From positions 1 through 64,000 of the IMG/VR virus record IMGVR_UViG_3300042306_000967: a stretch of 64,000 nucleotides of DNA; one strand, given 5' to 3'. The DNA is from a virus. Lineage: Duplodnaviria; Caudoviricetes. Below are positions 29,201 through 38,000 of the stretch, one piece after another (position 1 is the first letter of the stretch; each line of letters begins with the position of its first letter). Both the position numbers and the translations under genes were made by a program. Under the pieces are notes generated by a model, which was not told the DNA's origin, ran no database searches, and was given only the letters and a program-made list of their open reading frames with translations.

Positions 29201-31063
29201 TACCGGGTCAATAGATGCGGTTGCAGAACCAGAGAAAATTAAATTAACATCTAAATTAGAAATAGCTGAACGAGGAATATTAAATAACTTCTCACCACTA
29301 CCACTAAAAAATGAACCAGATGATAAGAAAACACTACCACTAAAAGTAGAACCACTTGCAACCGATTTTACAACGAATCCATCCACATCGGTTACAGATG
29401 CAGTTACACTACCACTTGCAATTAAATTTGAAATCAATGCATCGGGTGCTAAAGCTGTTCTAGGGATGTTAAATAATCTTTCACCACTACCACTAAAAGA
29501 TGAGCCAGAAGTTAGTGATATATTACCACTTACAATTAAAGAACCGGTAAATTGAGAACCACTATCCGGTGATATTACTCTAAATCCTTCATCAGGACTA
29601 ACAGATGCGGTTACACTACCACTTGCTATACGAAATACTTCTTCAGATAACGCAGAACGAGGAATATCAAATAATCCTCTACCACTACCACTAAATTGAG
29701 ATGCCGAAACCGAACCAGTTACTACTAAATAACCCGCTATTGTAGCAGATGTATTAACTTCTAATCCCTTATCAGGTGATATTGATGCGGTTGCAGAACC
29801 ACTTGCAATTCTAGGTGCAACAAGAGATGGTACGTTTGTTAATTTACTACCATCGCCCACAAAGAAAGATGCGGTTACGGCACCATTGACGTTTACCGAA
29901 CCACTTATATCAACACTTCCGGTAAATTCAGAACCATTCTCCGCTGATTCAACTCTAAATCCATAAACAGGTGAAACGGATGCTGTTACACTACCACTTG
30001 CAATTCTAAAAGGTGCAAAAGAAAGTGCAGATTCTGGAATATCAAATAAGAATCTACCAGAACCACTAAAAAACGAACCAGATGATAATTTAATACTTCC
30101 TGTAAATTCAGAACCACTATCAGGTGATTCAACTCTAAATCCATAAACAGGAGAAACAGACGCAGTTACCGAACCACTTGCAATTCTAAAAGGTGCAAAT
30201 GATAAAGCAGATTCAGGTATATCAAATAGAAATCTACCAGAACCACTAAAAAATGAACCAGACGATAATTTTACACTACCACTAAATATAGAACCACTTT
30301 CTATTGAAGTTACTACAAATCCATTTTCAGGACTAACTGATGCCGTTACACTACCACTTGCTAATTTTGTAGCTTGTGGTAAATTAAATAATCCAGCACC
30401 ATCACCAAAATAAGAACCAGTAAATGATGCTGATATAGAAGAACCACTTGCTTCCCCAAATATAATTTGATTTTCTACAGCTAAAGAACCTGTAATCGTT
30501 ACACTACCGGTAAATTCTTGTTTATCACTTAATTCATCACCAAATTTATTTGAACCAGATGAATATATTACAGATGATGAAATTATACTAACAACTAATT
30601 GTTCAGCATATATTGATTTTGATACATATAAATTTTCTGCAATTGTTGTATCAACATTTATTTGTAATCCAAAATTAGGAGAAATTGATGCAGTTGCAGA
30701 ACCACTAGCTAAACGTATTGTGTCAGGTAAATTAAATAAACCAGCACCATCGCCAAAATAAGAACCAGAGAATGAACCAGTATAAGAACCCGTAAAACTA
30801 CCACTTAATGATTCAGCACTACCAGTAAAAGAACCTGTAAATTGTCCCGTTACTCTATCTAAATCTAAACTTCTTACGAATCCTCTATTACCTTGGTCAT
30901 CTGAAACTACAATAGCTGGTGAACCAGAAAGTGAAGCACTAAAATTTGGAACACCCAAATTTGGTTCAACTTGAGATAAATCAATAAATTGATACCTGTC
31001 TTGTGTTACGTTTTTTGGGGATACTACCCTTACCCTACCTGATAATAGATTACTAATTGCCAT
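20264..31063 (-). CDS. Giant fibre-like virion protein (3599 aa) with SGS beta-repeats, two cupredoxin-like domains, about 1080-aa Gly-X-Y tract and a fibre C-terminal domain
   Basis: Many IASGS.TAS.SP..GF.V / F.GSG..LFDIP repeats; HP(F/L)WIK...LYY.CQ.HS.M.G motifs; C-terminal TLDLSTGNNF...ITWP.NVDWAGG.APTLT..GTDILVFYT.DGG. Confidence 0.8.
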   Translation of the reverse strand: MAISNLLSGRVRVVSPKNVTQDRYQFIDLSQVEPNLGVPNFSASLSGSPAIVVSDDQGNRGFVRSLDLDRVTGQFTGSFTGSAESLSGSFTGSYTGSFSGSYFGDGAGLFNLPDTIRLASGSATASISPNFGLQINVDTTIAENLYVSKSIYAEQLVVSIISSSVIYSSGSNKFGDELSDKQEFTGSVTITGSLAVENQIIFGEASGSSISASFTGSYFGDGAGLFNLPQATKLASGSVTASVSPENGFVVTSIESGSIFSGSVKLSSGSFFSGSGRFLFDIPESALSFAPFRIASGSVTASVSPVYGFRVESPDSGSEFTGSIKLSSGSFFSGSGRFLFDIPESALSFAPFRIASGSVTASVSPVYGFRVESAENGSEFTGSVDISGSVNVNGAVTASFFVGDGSKLTNVPSLVAPRIASGSATASISPDKGLEVNTSATIAGYLVVTGSVSASQFSGSGRGLFDIPRSALSEEVFRIASGSVTASVSPDEGFRVISPDSGSQFTGSLIVSGNISLTSGSSFSGSGERLFNIPRTALAPDALISNLIASGSVTASVTDVDGFVVKSVASGSTFSGSVFLSSGSFFSGSGEKLFNIPRSAISNLDVNLIFSGSATASIDPVKGFNVNVYSKFSGSMIVSSSNYAIPSQSLNTVFDVTNNGFSAYVFSNAISASNPTLTLVRGVTYTFNINASGHPFWIKSGSIQTGTDGAYNTGVTNNGTDSGTIIFSLDELTPSNLYYTCQFHSAMQGAINVVNAIEIPAEITFIGKTNITGSLGVSGSVFLGSGSFFSGSGRGLFDIPQSAFTGDAYRIASGSVTASVSPDYGFRVESLQRGSDITGSVRVSGSLTAERIFSPEFSGSFEGDGSRLRNVPSIEGTRIVSGSVTASVSPVYGFRLEGANRAEFSSSILVSGSVEISSGSSFSGSGERLFNIPRTALAPDALFSEKIVSGSVTASVAPNQGFVVTSIESGSTFYGEVRVITGSSFSGSGKKLFDIPVAAISDLDTSKIFSGSATASISPDKGFLVNTGVTIRDYLIVTGSTDIKSNLVVTGSFVVNQSSLFKSGVSASVFSGSGAGLTNIPFSALSQEIFRIASGSVTASALPDRGFIVQSTLLGSEFSGSIDVSGSIFAYGNIELQSGSSFSGSGRNLFDIPESALSFAPNKIASGSVTASVSPDFGFRVKSADSGSEFTGSVDISGSLLVRGDVTSTSGSYFIGDGRYLSNISLANLSIDSTKIFSGSATASISPNNGFEVNVHSRIDGSFVVSSSARPLPTELIDTTIYVTNNGSSAYVVSNGLVSGSNPTLTLVRGVEYTFNVNAVGHPLWIKFTNSTGTSNNVSQSITNNGDDSGDIIFTPYSGSPNVLYYNCQLHSSMVGQLNIVDFLEIPSEIRFVGDTQITGSLNVSGPISASMFTGSGRGLFDIPRSALSEEVFRIATGSITASVTPERGFLVESLESGSTFSGSIFMASGSFISSSGRLFFDIPRSALTEDALISTEIKSGSVTASVSPDYGFRVETAFTSSVDESGSYSTQIGAQFTGSLSISGSLYINEIVSGGLFLSSGSSYYGEGTYLRNIPRSALTEDALISTEIKSGSVTASVSPDEGFKVITPFTGGLVGSQFTGSVEVSGSIRATEFLYGDGRYITNVQAAAAPLIASGSATASVASGESFIVVTAKTGSQIGSEFTGSISVSGSLYASDFLFGDGRYITNVVAAAAPFIASGSATASVANGFDFRVITAATGSEIGSEFTGSVAVSGSIFVSDFLYGDGRFLTNVQAAAAPLIASGSATASVQSGDMFIVVTAKTGSQIGSQFTGSVSITGSLTASLFIGDGGGLFNIPPEAIENLELDKINSGSARAIIDPTKLDVNVPITAARYDGDGSGLFNIPAEALEDLQLDRIISGSVEAVISPNKGLEINTSVRIFSGSLAVSGAIFVTGSDVVLQSGSRYVGDGSGLRNINIANLAFETSILKSGSQFAEISPDLGFRVSTSASIDGDLNVVYDITAHNISASGTIFAPTISGSFLGTYNFQGVGPTASAEYDILRFDENRGYFVPQPETSLTETVSFNNVSDLTIVHNLGIRYPVVQVYATGSEDQIIPGTVKSIDEDTVQIKFAGLTSGHVVIGSGGSLINGTITGDRVFGEVLSASYARRAEFAVSVQGFDSASLASLSASLGDASQYVRNNQTASMSVFSAVSSSYALTASYALNGGGGGTELFIYHTGSLVKSQTAKINFSGSGVDVISSGSDGVLVTINGGAAQSSQTASYILSTGVDGPLGMDSISYSINALTASFALNSANTDTSSFLNINTNQTINASLTISGSLGVSGSIMLGGIVSASYDEVVTWDPITKKLGYRNVAAAVGSSGTGGSSGSSGSSGLTGTSGTSGSSGSSGSSGSSGSSGIDGSSGSSGSSGSSGSSGTTGTSGSSGSSGSSGSSGSSGSSGTSGSSGSSGTSGSSGTSGTSGTSGSDGSSGSSGTSGSSGSSGTSGSSGTSGTSGSSGSSGTSGSSGTSGSSGSGGSSGSSGSTGSAGTSGTSGTSGSSGSSGSSGTSGSSGTSGSSGTSGTSGSSGTSASSGSGGTAGTSGSSGTSGTSGTSGTSGSSGSGGTSGSSGTSASSGTGGTAGSSGTSGTSGSSGSAGSAGTSGSSGTSGSSGSDGSGGSSGTTGTSGSSGTTGSAGSSGTSGSSGTSGEDGSSGTSGSSGSSGSAGTSGTNGSAGTSGSSGSSGSSGSSGSAGSSGSSGSSGSSGTTGSDGTSGSSGSSGTSGTDGTSGSSGSSGSSGSSGTTGSSGSSGSSGSSGSSGADGTSGTSGSTGTAGSSGSSGTDGSFGTSGSSGSSGTSATSGSSGSSGSSGSSGSSGSSGTSGSSGLDGTYFGSSGTSGSSGSSGTSATSGTSGSSGTSGVDGTFFGSSGSSGSTGTSGTDGTSGETGTSGTSGESGTSGTSGLDGTFFGSSGTTGTSGSSGSSGSSGISGTDGTSGTSGKDGTFFGSSGTSGQDGTSGTSGSSGSSGSSGQDGTSGTSGLDGTFFGSHGTSGTSGESGSAGSSGSSGTSGESGTSGTGGSSGSSGTSAEGSSGSSGTSGESGTSGTSGSDGTSGSSGTSGESGTSGKDGTFFGSSGTSGSSGTSGSSGSTGSSGSAGTGGTSGVSGTSGSSGKDGTYFGSSGTSGSSGESGTSGSSGISGTDGSAGSSGSSGTSGKDGTFFGSSGTSGESGTAGTSGESGTSGTSGSSGTSGSSGFDGTYFGSSGTSGVSGTSGSSGESGTSGVSGTTGTSGSSGKDGTLFGSSGTSGVSGTSGESGSSGTSGLGTNGTSGTSGFDGTYFGSSGTSGKDGTNATGEAGTSGTSGTTPPGFTSGTSGETGTSGTSGTTPPGFTSGTSGSSGESGTAGTSGTTPPGFTSGTSGTSGETGTSGTSGTTPPGFTSGTSGQSGTSGTSAPGFTSGTSGTSGFPLSGNTEDGILTYNAVAFGANVESNLTFNGSTLTVTGNVISTTSIAANTFRETYSDQGTGGSVTLDLSTGNNFRRQFNGNASVAFSNAPASNAFGFTLVTVNAGAYTITWPVNVDWAGGSAPTLTSVGTDILVFYTYDGGTTYYGFVSGKNFS
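20728..23987 (-). repeat. Gly-X-Y (GSS/GTS/GES) tract punctuated by 11 DGT(F/Y/L)FG motifs and 4 TTPPGFTS motifs
   Basis: Directly visible in the translation and in the 9-nt periodic DNA. Confidence 0.95.
25080..30730 (-). repeat. Tandem ~55-75-aa repeats (ASGSVTASVSP..GF.V...FTGS...FSGSG..LFDIP), more than 20 copies
   Basis: Visible in the translation; includes a near-exact 180-nt tandem duplication around 29950-30260. Confidence 0.85.
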
Positions 31064-31082
31064 TCGTACTTTCCAGCTTTAT

Positions 31083-31112
31083 TATAAATATCAAAAAAAT
31101 CACCTATAAATA
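31083..31112 (-). promoter_or_regulatory. Two tandem copies of the putative late-promoter motif TATTTATA (31083-31090, 31105-31112)
   Basis: Both lie in the 68-nt gap upstream of the 3599-aa gene. Confidence 0.55.
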
Positions 31113-31131
31113 TTAATAGATAATATTATCG

Positions 31132-32049
31132 TTATTCATTAGCAGATTCAAGTAGAGATAGAACTACTGATAGCTTAGTTGAGCCGGAAACTATAAATCC
31201 ATAACCTTCTTCTAATACTAATTTACCAGAAACTACCGGTGAAAGTGAATCTGCTACTGGTATTGTCACATTTGTTACCAATTCAACAGGTGGTTGTTCG
31301 GTAAATACTGGATTTTCAATGGTTGCTTTAATAACGTCCACTAAACTATTAACCAAATATATAGATGCCGAAATTCCCGCTTCAGTTCCATTTGTAAATC
31401 CACTTAATATAGATTGAGTAACCGCATTTTGAAATAATAATGGAGAATCAGCCGAACCGGTTGTTGATTGGTTTTTTATAATTTGATTAGATAGTACTTT
31501 TAAATAATCTAAAGCAAATATAGATGCAGAATATTCAGTTGTTGCAATCGCAGATACTCCATTTTTATCAAAATATGCTTTTGCTGCTTTATTTGTTCTG
31601 ATTGTTGTGTTATTAACTATATCATATTTTATCGCATCTACATCATCTAAAGTATTTTGTTCAAAGTATGATGATATAAAAGTAAATGGTGTTTCTGATA
31701 AACTATTTTGATTAGAAGTATATGCCGCTATTTCCTTTCTTAAAAATTGTCTATTAGCATTTAATAACAAAGATGCACTGGCAAAACTACCACTATATTC
31801 TGATAATGAAACAGACGCACTAATAAACGCACTACCACTATATATGTCAACAAATTGTGGAACAGGCAATTCTCTATTAGATGTTACTAATATAGTAACG
31901 GGTTGTGTTACTAAACTATTGTTTGTAATTTGACAAGATAGTACAATAGATGATACCCCAATCGGAGTTGCATATATTTCATCTTGTTCACCAGTCAATC
32001 CTGTTACTACTGACTGAAACCGATTTAAGGGTACAAAAACTTCTGCCAT
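31132..32049 (-). CDS. Adaptor-like virion protein: beta-sandwich related to the 110-aa ORF, with an inserted helical domain
   Basis: N-terminal IYATPIGVSSIVLSCQITN and C-terminal GKLVLEEG....S...LSVVLSLLE resemble the 110-aa protein; middle LL.ANRQFLRKEIAAY...DAIKYDI...T.KAAKAYF resembles the 4021-aa repeat. Confidence 0.6.
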   Translation of the reverse strand: MAEVFVPLNRFQSVVTGLTGEQDEIYATPIGVSSIVLSCQITNNSLVTQPVTILVTSNRELPVPQFVDIYSGSAFISASVSLSEYSGSFASASLLLNANRQFLRKEIAAYTSNQNSLSETPFTFISSYFEQNTLDDVDAIKYDIVNNTTIRTNKAAKAYFDKNGVSAIATTEYSASIFALDYLKVLSNQIIKNQSTTGSADSPLLFQNAVTQSILSGFTNGTEAGISASIYLVNSLVDVIKATIENPVFTEQPPVELVTNVTIPVADSLSPVVSGKLVLEEGYGFIVSGSTKLSVVLSLLESANE

Positions 32050-32077
32050 TTCTTTTTATTTTATTTCTTTTCTTTTT

Positions 32078-35000
32078 TTATATTTGTAGTGCCAATGAGA
32101 ACGGAGTTACCAATGAGAATAGAGATTTACTAAATGTTCTACCCACAAGAGTACCGGTTGCCTGGTTAATACTTAAACCAGTACCAATTCTAAAGTCACC
32201 ATCTTGGTTACCGGAAGTAAAGAATATTCTACCACCACCCAATTCGGTAATTTCAAATGCCGGATTCGCAACACCACTACCACCCTGATTCGGTGGAAGT
32301 GCTTTAAACGTCACACCACTACCATTATAAGAGTAGTCAATACCAGTTGCCACAATCAATGAACCAAATGCTTCCAATGGCGCACCTGCTGCTATAAACT
32401 CTGCTCTTGTTCTTAAATATCTATTAGTTTCAAGAGTTTCTAATAACTGGTCTCTAGTCACTGCAATTGCACTTCCATATTGTCCATCGTAGTATGAAGA
32501 TGCTGCTCTAATTCCTCTCTCATTTCCACCATATAATAAGTCAGTAACACACGCATCTACAATAAATCCAGTATCACGTGAACAACTCGCCTCATTATAT
32601 ACTAAATATGGGAATGCTCCATTTGTGTATCCAATTGCTCTTTGCTTTAATTCTTCTTTACCAAGTTTTAATCGTTCTGCCGCTTGTCTTCTTTTAGTTG
32701 ATGGGGCCAAATAAGTTAATAACGTATTTGCAACTATCTTTTCAGAAAGTCCTCTTGCAAAGTTAATACCATCTACAGTTTGTTTTTTCTGTCCATTATT
32801 ATCACTATAACTATCTACGATTGCTACCGATGGGAATTTGTAGTAGTAAGAACCTGCCTCAATACTTCTTTCATTACCGCCATATACTAAGTCAGTTCTA
32901 ATTGCATCTATAATAAATCCTAAGTCACGAGAACAACTTACTTCATTGTATTTTAATCCACTCCAAGATGAAGATAAGAATGTTATAGTTTCTTTTTGTA
33001 TTAATTCTTTATTATCTGTCAATAATTTTGCTGTTGTCAATAAAGATGCAGATGGAACTAAATAGGTTGGATTGGTTATTACCTTTTTAGATAATTTTCC
33101 AGCGTATTTGATACCAGTAAGTGTTGGGTCTAATTGATTTTGAGTTGATGGAACACCTGATTTAATAGCGTTAGAAGGATATAAATAATAATACTGTCCT
33201 GCTATCAAACTTCTTTCTTGTCCACCATATAATACATCGGTTGCCGCTGCATCTATTAGATATCCAACATCACGTTTACAAGTTATTTCGTTATAATAAA
33301 CACTACTCCAAGAAGAAGATACATATGCAATAGTTTCAGCTGCCACAAATGCCTTATTTTTTCTCAACAAGTCAAATGATGCAGATGCTTCCAATGATGC
33401 TGTTACAAATGTAGTACCACCAACAATCTTTTGTGCTACTCTACTTGCGTATCTAATACCATCAACCGTTTGTCCTAATTGCCCTACACCATCACCATCT
33501 CCCAATAAGGTTGCTTTTGATGGATATTTGTAATAGAAATCACCAGCTATTACACTTCTTTCGTTTCCTCCGTATAATAAATCAGTAGTTGCTGCATCTA
33601 TTATGTATCCTAAATCTCTAGCACATTTTACTTTATCATATTCAAAGGTACTCCAACTTGCAGTTAAGTAAGCCATACTTTCACTTACAATAAATGTTCT
33701 ATTGTTTCTTAATAATGCTACTGATGATGAAACAGCAAATGAAGCAGTATTAAATGAACTATTCTGAACTAATTTAGTTGCTAAACCTTTTGCGTAATCA
33801 ATTGCAGTTATAGTTGGGTCTAATTGTGAACCAGTAACTTTTGATGGAATGTTCCAATAAAAAATTCCAGCTAAAGAACTACTATGGTTTCCACCATAAA
33901 GAATATCACCTGCTACAGCCTCAACGATATATCTAATATCCCTAGAACATACTGAACTATCATATTCAAATCCACTCCAAGAAGATGATAAGAATGCTAT
34001 ACTTTCACTTTGGATAAATCCTATGTTTTGAGTTAATAAATCATATGCCGCAATCTTTGATAAATCGTTTGATGGAGTTAAACCGGTAGATTGAGATACA
34101 GGCGTAGGTATCAACCAATTGTTTATAGAAGCAGATACTAATCTAGCTGCATATTTAATTCCATCTATTGTTTCAGTCAATTGAGTATCAGTAGCCTCCG
34201 ATGGATATAAGTAATAGAACTCACCCGCTTTAGAACTTCTTTCATTTCCACCATATAATAAATCAGTTGCTACTGCATCAATTATATATCCAACATCTCT
34301 CTTACATTTTTCTTCGTTATAGTAGAAATCAGGGTATTTAGCGTTTATATACGCAACACTTTCACTTTGTATAAACTTCTTATTATTTCTAATTGAATTA
34401 TAAGAATTTATAGTAGAAGATGAAGTTACATAGAATTGTGCATTTTTAATTACATTCAATGCCAATCCTTTTGCGTATCTAATACCAGTTAAAGTTGGTT
34501 CTAATTGAGAATCAGTAGCTTGGGATGGGAAATCATAATAATATTTACCAGCCACTACACTTCTTTCATTTCCACCATATAATAAATCGGTTCTTACCGC
34601 ATCTACAATATATCCAATATCTCTAGCACACTTAATTTCATCATATCCAAACTCGCTCCAAGAAGAACTTACATACGCAATACTTTCACTTTGAATAAAT
34701 GCCTTATTTTTAGTAAGTGCTTCAAAAGATGCTGATATAGTAGCGGATGCTGATATATGAGTTAATAAAATATTTTGTACAACTTTTTCAGCCACTCCAC
34801 TTGCGTATTTTAAAGCCGTTATAGTTTGGTCTAATTGTGAACCAGTAGCTTGAGATGGATAATCAAAATAGAATTTACCATTAAATAACGATGCCGAATT
34901 ACCACCATATAAAAGGTCAAATGCCGAACCACTAATGATTCCTGCTAAATCTCTCTCACATTTACTTTGAGTATATTCGAATGCACTCCAAGACGAACTC

Positions 35001-38000
35001 ATATATGCAATAGTTTCATCAACTATAAATTTAGAGTTACTTACTAATAAGTTATATGCTGAATTTATTTTTGTATTTGAATTTGCTATCGGATATGTTG
35101 ATGGTCTAAATCCAATAGAAGATGTTCCATTGTTTAATAACACATCAATTACAGTTGCAAAAGATGCTGATACTAATTTACCTTGCAATCTTGCCCCACC
35201 ACTTCCACTTATAAGTTGTGGTGTTTCAGTTATTTTTATAGATGATGATGCGTTTGGTGTAATTGTAGAAATTACATCAACACCATTTTCTACGATATCC
35301 AAAATAACCCCAAATCCAGATGATACTTTATTTATTTCAAATTGTCCAGCAGTTTGTGTATTTGCAATTGGTAGTAATCCCGTTTTTGTAATTGAACCAC
35401 TAGCATTTGTTACCAATGTAGGAATTGAACCCGTACCATTTGCAATTATATTAATCACATTTCCAAATGAAGAACTTACAACATTTGTTTCAGTTGGGAA
35501 TGTACCACTACCAGTAATTTGAGTATCTGAACTAATATTCCATAAGTTTGGAGTATTTAGATTGAACCCATATAAAGATGGGAAATTAGAAACTAATGAA
35601 TCCGCCAAAGATGCAGAACCATTCTCAATAATATCGGTAATCAAATTAAATGAAGCAGTAATTAAACCAATTTCAGTTGTACTTGCCGCACTTGCTGATG
35701 TGATTGGAGAAATGTTATTTATTTTTATTCCACTTTCAACATTTGATATAATCGTTGGTTTTACTTCAACACCACCTTCAATAATTTTAGTTACAATACT
35801 AAACGATGAAGAAACATTTGTTACTTCGGTAGAACTTCCACTATTAGCAGATGTAAATTGAGTTACACCAGATACCTTTATGTTACCATCGGCATTTGAT
35901 GTTAGTATTGGTGAATTTAATTTTATATTTTGTGCTATTGCTTTAGCTAATGCTTTAGCGTAATCAACACCATCCACAGTTTCTCTAACCTGCGTACTCT
36001 TTGTTGCCAAAGATGGATACAAATAATAATATTGTCCAGCTATAACACTTCTCTGATTTCCACCATAGAAAGTATCAGTTATAACTGCATCTAAAATATA
36101 CCCAACATCACGTCTACATTTTTCTCTTAAATAAACTAAATTAGGGAAGAATGCATCTATGTATTGTACAGTTTCGTTTTGTATAAATCTTTTGTTCTGT
36201 CTTAATAAATTAACAGATGATGTTACAAATCCGGTTGGTGATACTAATACTTTATTTGATACTATATTTTGTGCAGTACCAGCTACATATTGTATTCCAT
36301 CAAGTGTAGGTCCTTTTTGAGTTGCAGTGGTTGGTGAAATAGAACCCGTTAGAATTGCTGCAGATGGATATAAGTAATAATATTCTCCAGCTTTAGAACT
36401 TCTTTCGTTTCCACCATATAATAAGTCAGTTCTTACTGCGTCTATAATGTATCCAATATCTCTCTTACAAGTAGTTTCATTATAAGAGAATCCATCATCA
36501 CCACTCCAAGAAGAAGATAAGTAAGCAATTGATTCACTTTGTATAAACTTCTTATTATTAGTTAATAAATTAAATCCAGCTAATTCAGATGTTGTTGGAG
36601 ATTGTAATAATATATTTGCTACAATCTTTTCAGTAATTCCTTTAGCGTATTTTATACCATCTAAAGTTTGATTTAATTGTCCACCAGTATCACCATCATT
36701 ACCTACGGTTGCCAATGAAGGATATAAGTAATAGTACTCACCCGCTTCAGCTACTCTTTCGTTTCCACCATATAATACATCAGTTGCTACCGCATCTAAA
36801 ATATATCCTACATCTCTCCTACAAGTTGCCTCATTATAATTAAATGAACTCCAAGAAGAAGATAGATATGCAATAGTTTCATCTTGTATAAATGATTTAT
36901 TATTGAATATCAATTCGTATGCTGAAAGATTTGAATTAGATGCCGATGCAAATGTTGAATTCTTTAATATCTTATCAGTTAAACCTTTCGCATGTTTGAT
37001 TCCACTTAATGTTGCCCCTAATTGAGATGTTGTTGCTTGTGATGGATATTCATAATAGAATACACCGGCATTTATACTTCTCTGATTACCACCATAAACT
37101 ATATCAGTTGTTACCGCATCTAAAATATGGCCCACATCTCTCTTACAAGTTAATTCATTGTAAGATGTTGTACTCCAACTAGCAGATACATAACTTATAA
37201 CTTCGTTTTGTATAAATTCTCTATTATTATAAATTAATTCTTTTGCTTGTAATTTATTTTGAGATACTTTAGTAAATGTATTTCCTCTTAAAATTTTGAA
37301 TGCAATATCTCTAGCATATTCAATACCAGTAACAGTCTCCTGTATTTGTGAACCAGTTGCTTCAGATGGGTATTTATAATAGAATACTCCAGCATTTATT
37401 GTTCTTTCATTTCCACCATATAATAAATCAGTAGAAACTGCATCTATAATATGTACTATATCTCTCTTACAAGTTGATTCAACGTATTGATGTGTACTCC
37501 AAGATGAACTTATGTAAGGTATTACTTCATTCTTAATAAGTTCTTTATTATTAACTAATAAACTATACGCATCTTTAATTTGCGCCGATTGAGTTACAAA
37601 TAAAGTATTTAATACTATTTTTTGTGCTAAACGGCTAGCGTAGTTTATTCCATCAATTGTTTGGTTTAATTGTGCACCCTGCGCTTGAGATGGGAATTGA
37701 TAATAATAAACACCATTGAACACCGATGCTGAATTTGCGTTCCATAATAAATCTTCAGCTGAACCACTCAATATAAATCCTAAATCACGTTTACACTTAC
37801 TTTCATCGTAAGATGCAGTTGACCAAGAAGAACTTAAATATGCAATACTTTCCGATACTATGAAATCTAAATTATTTTTTAGAATAGTATAAGCCGCTAT
37901 TACATTTGAAGATGATATTGATGATGTATATAAAGTTACAATCGGTAATGAACCCGTTCCATTTGCTATTATATTTGTTACAATAGAAATTGATGCAGAT

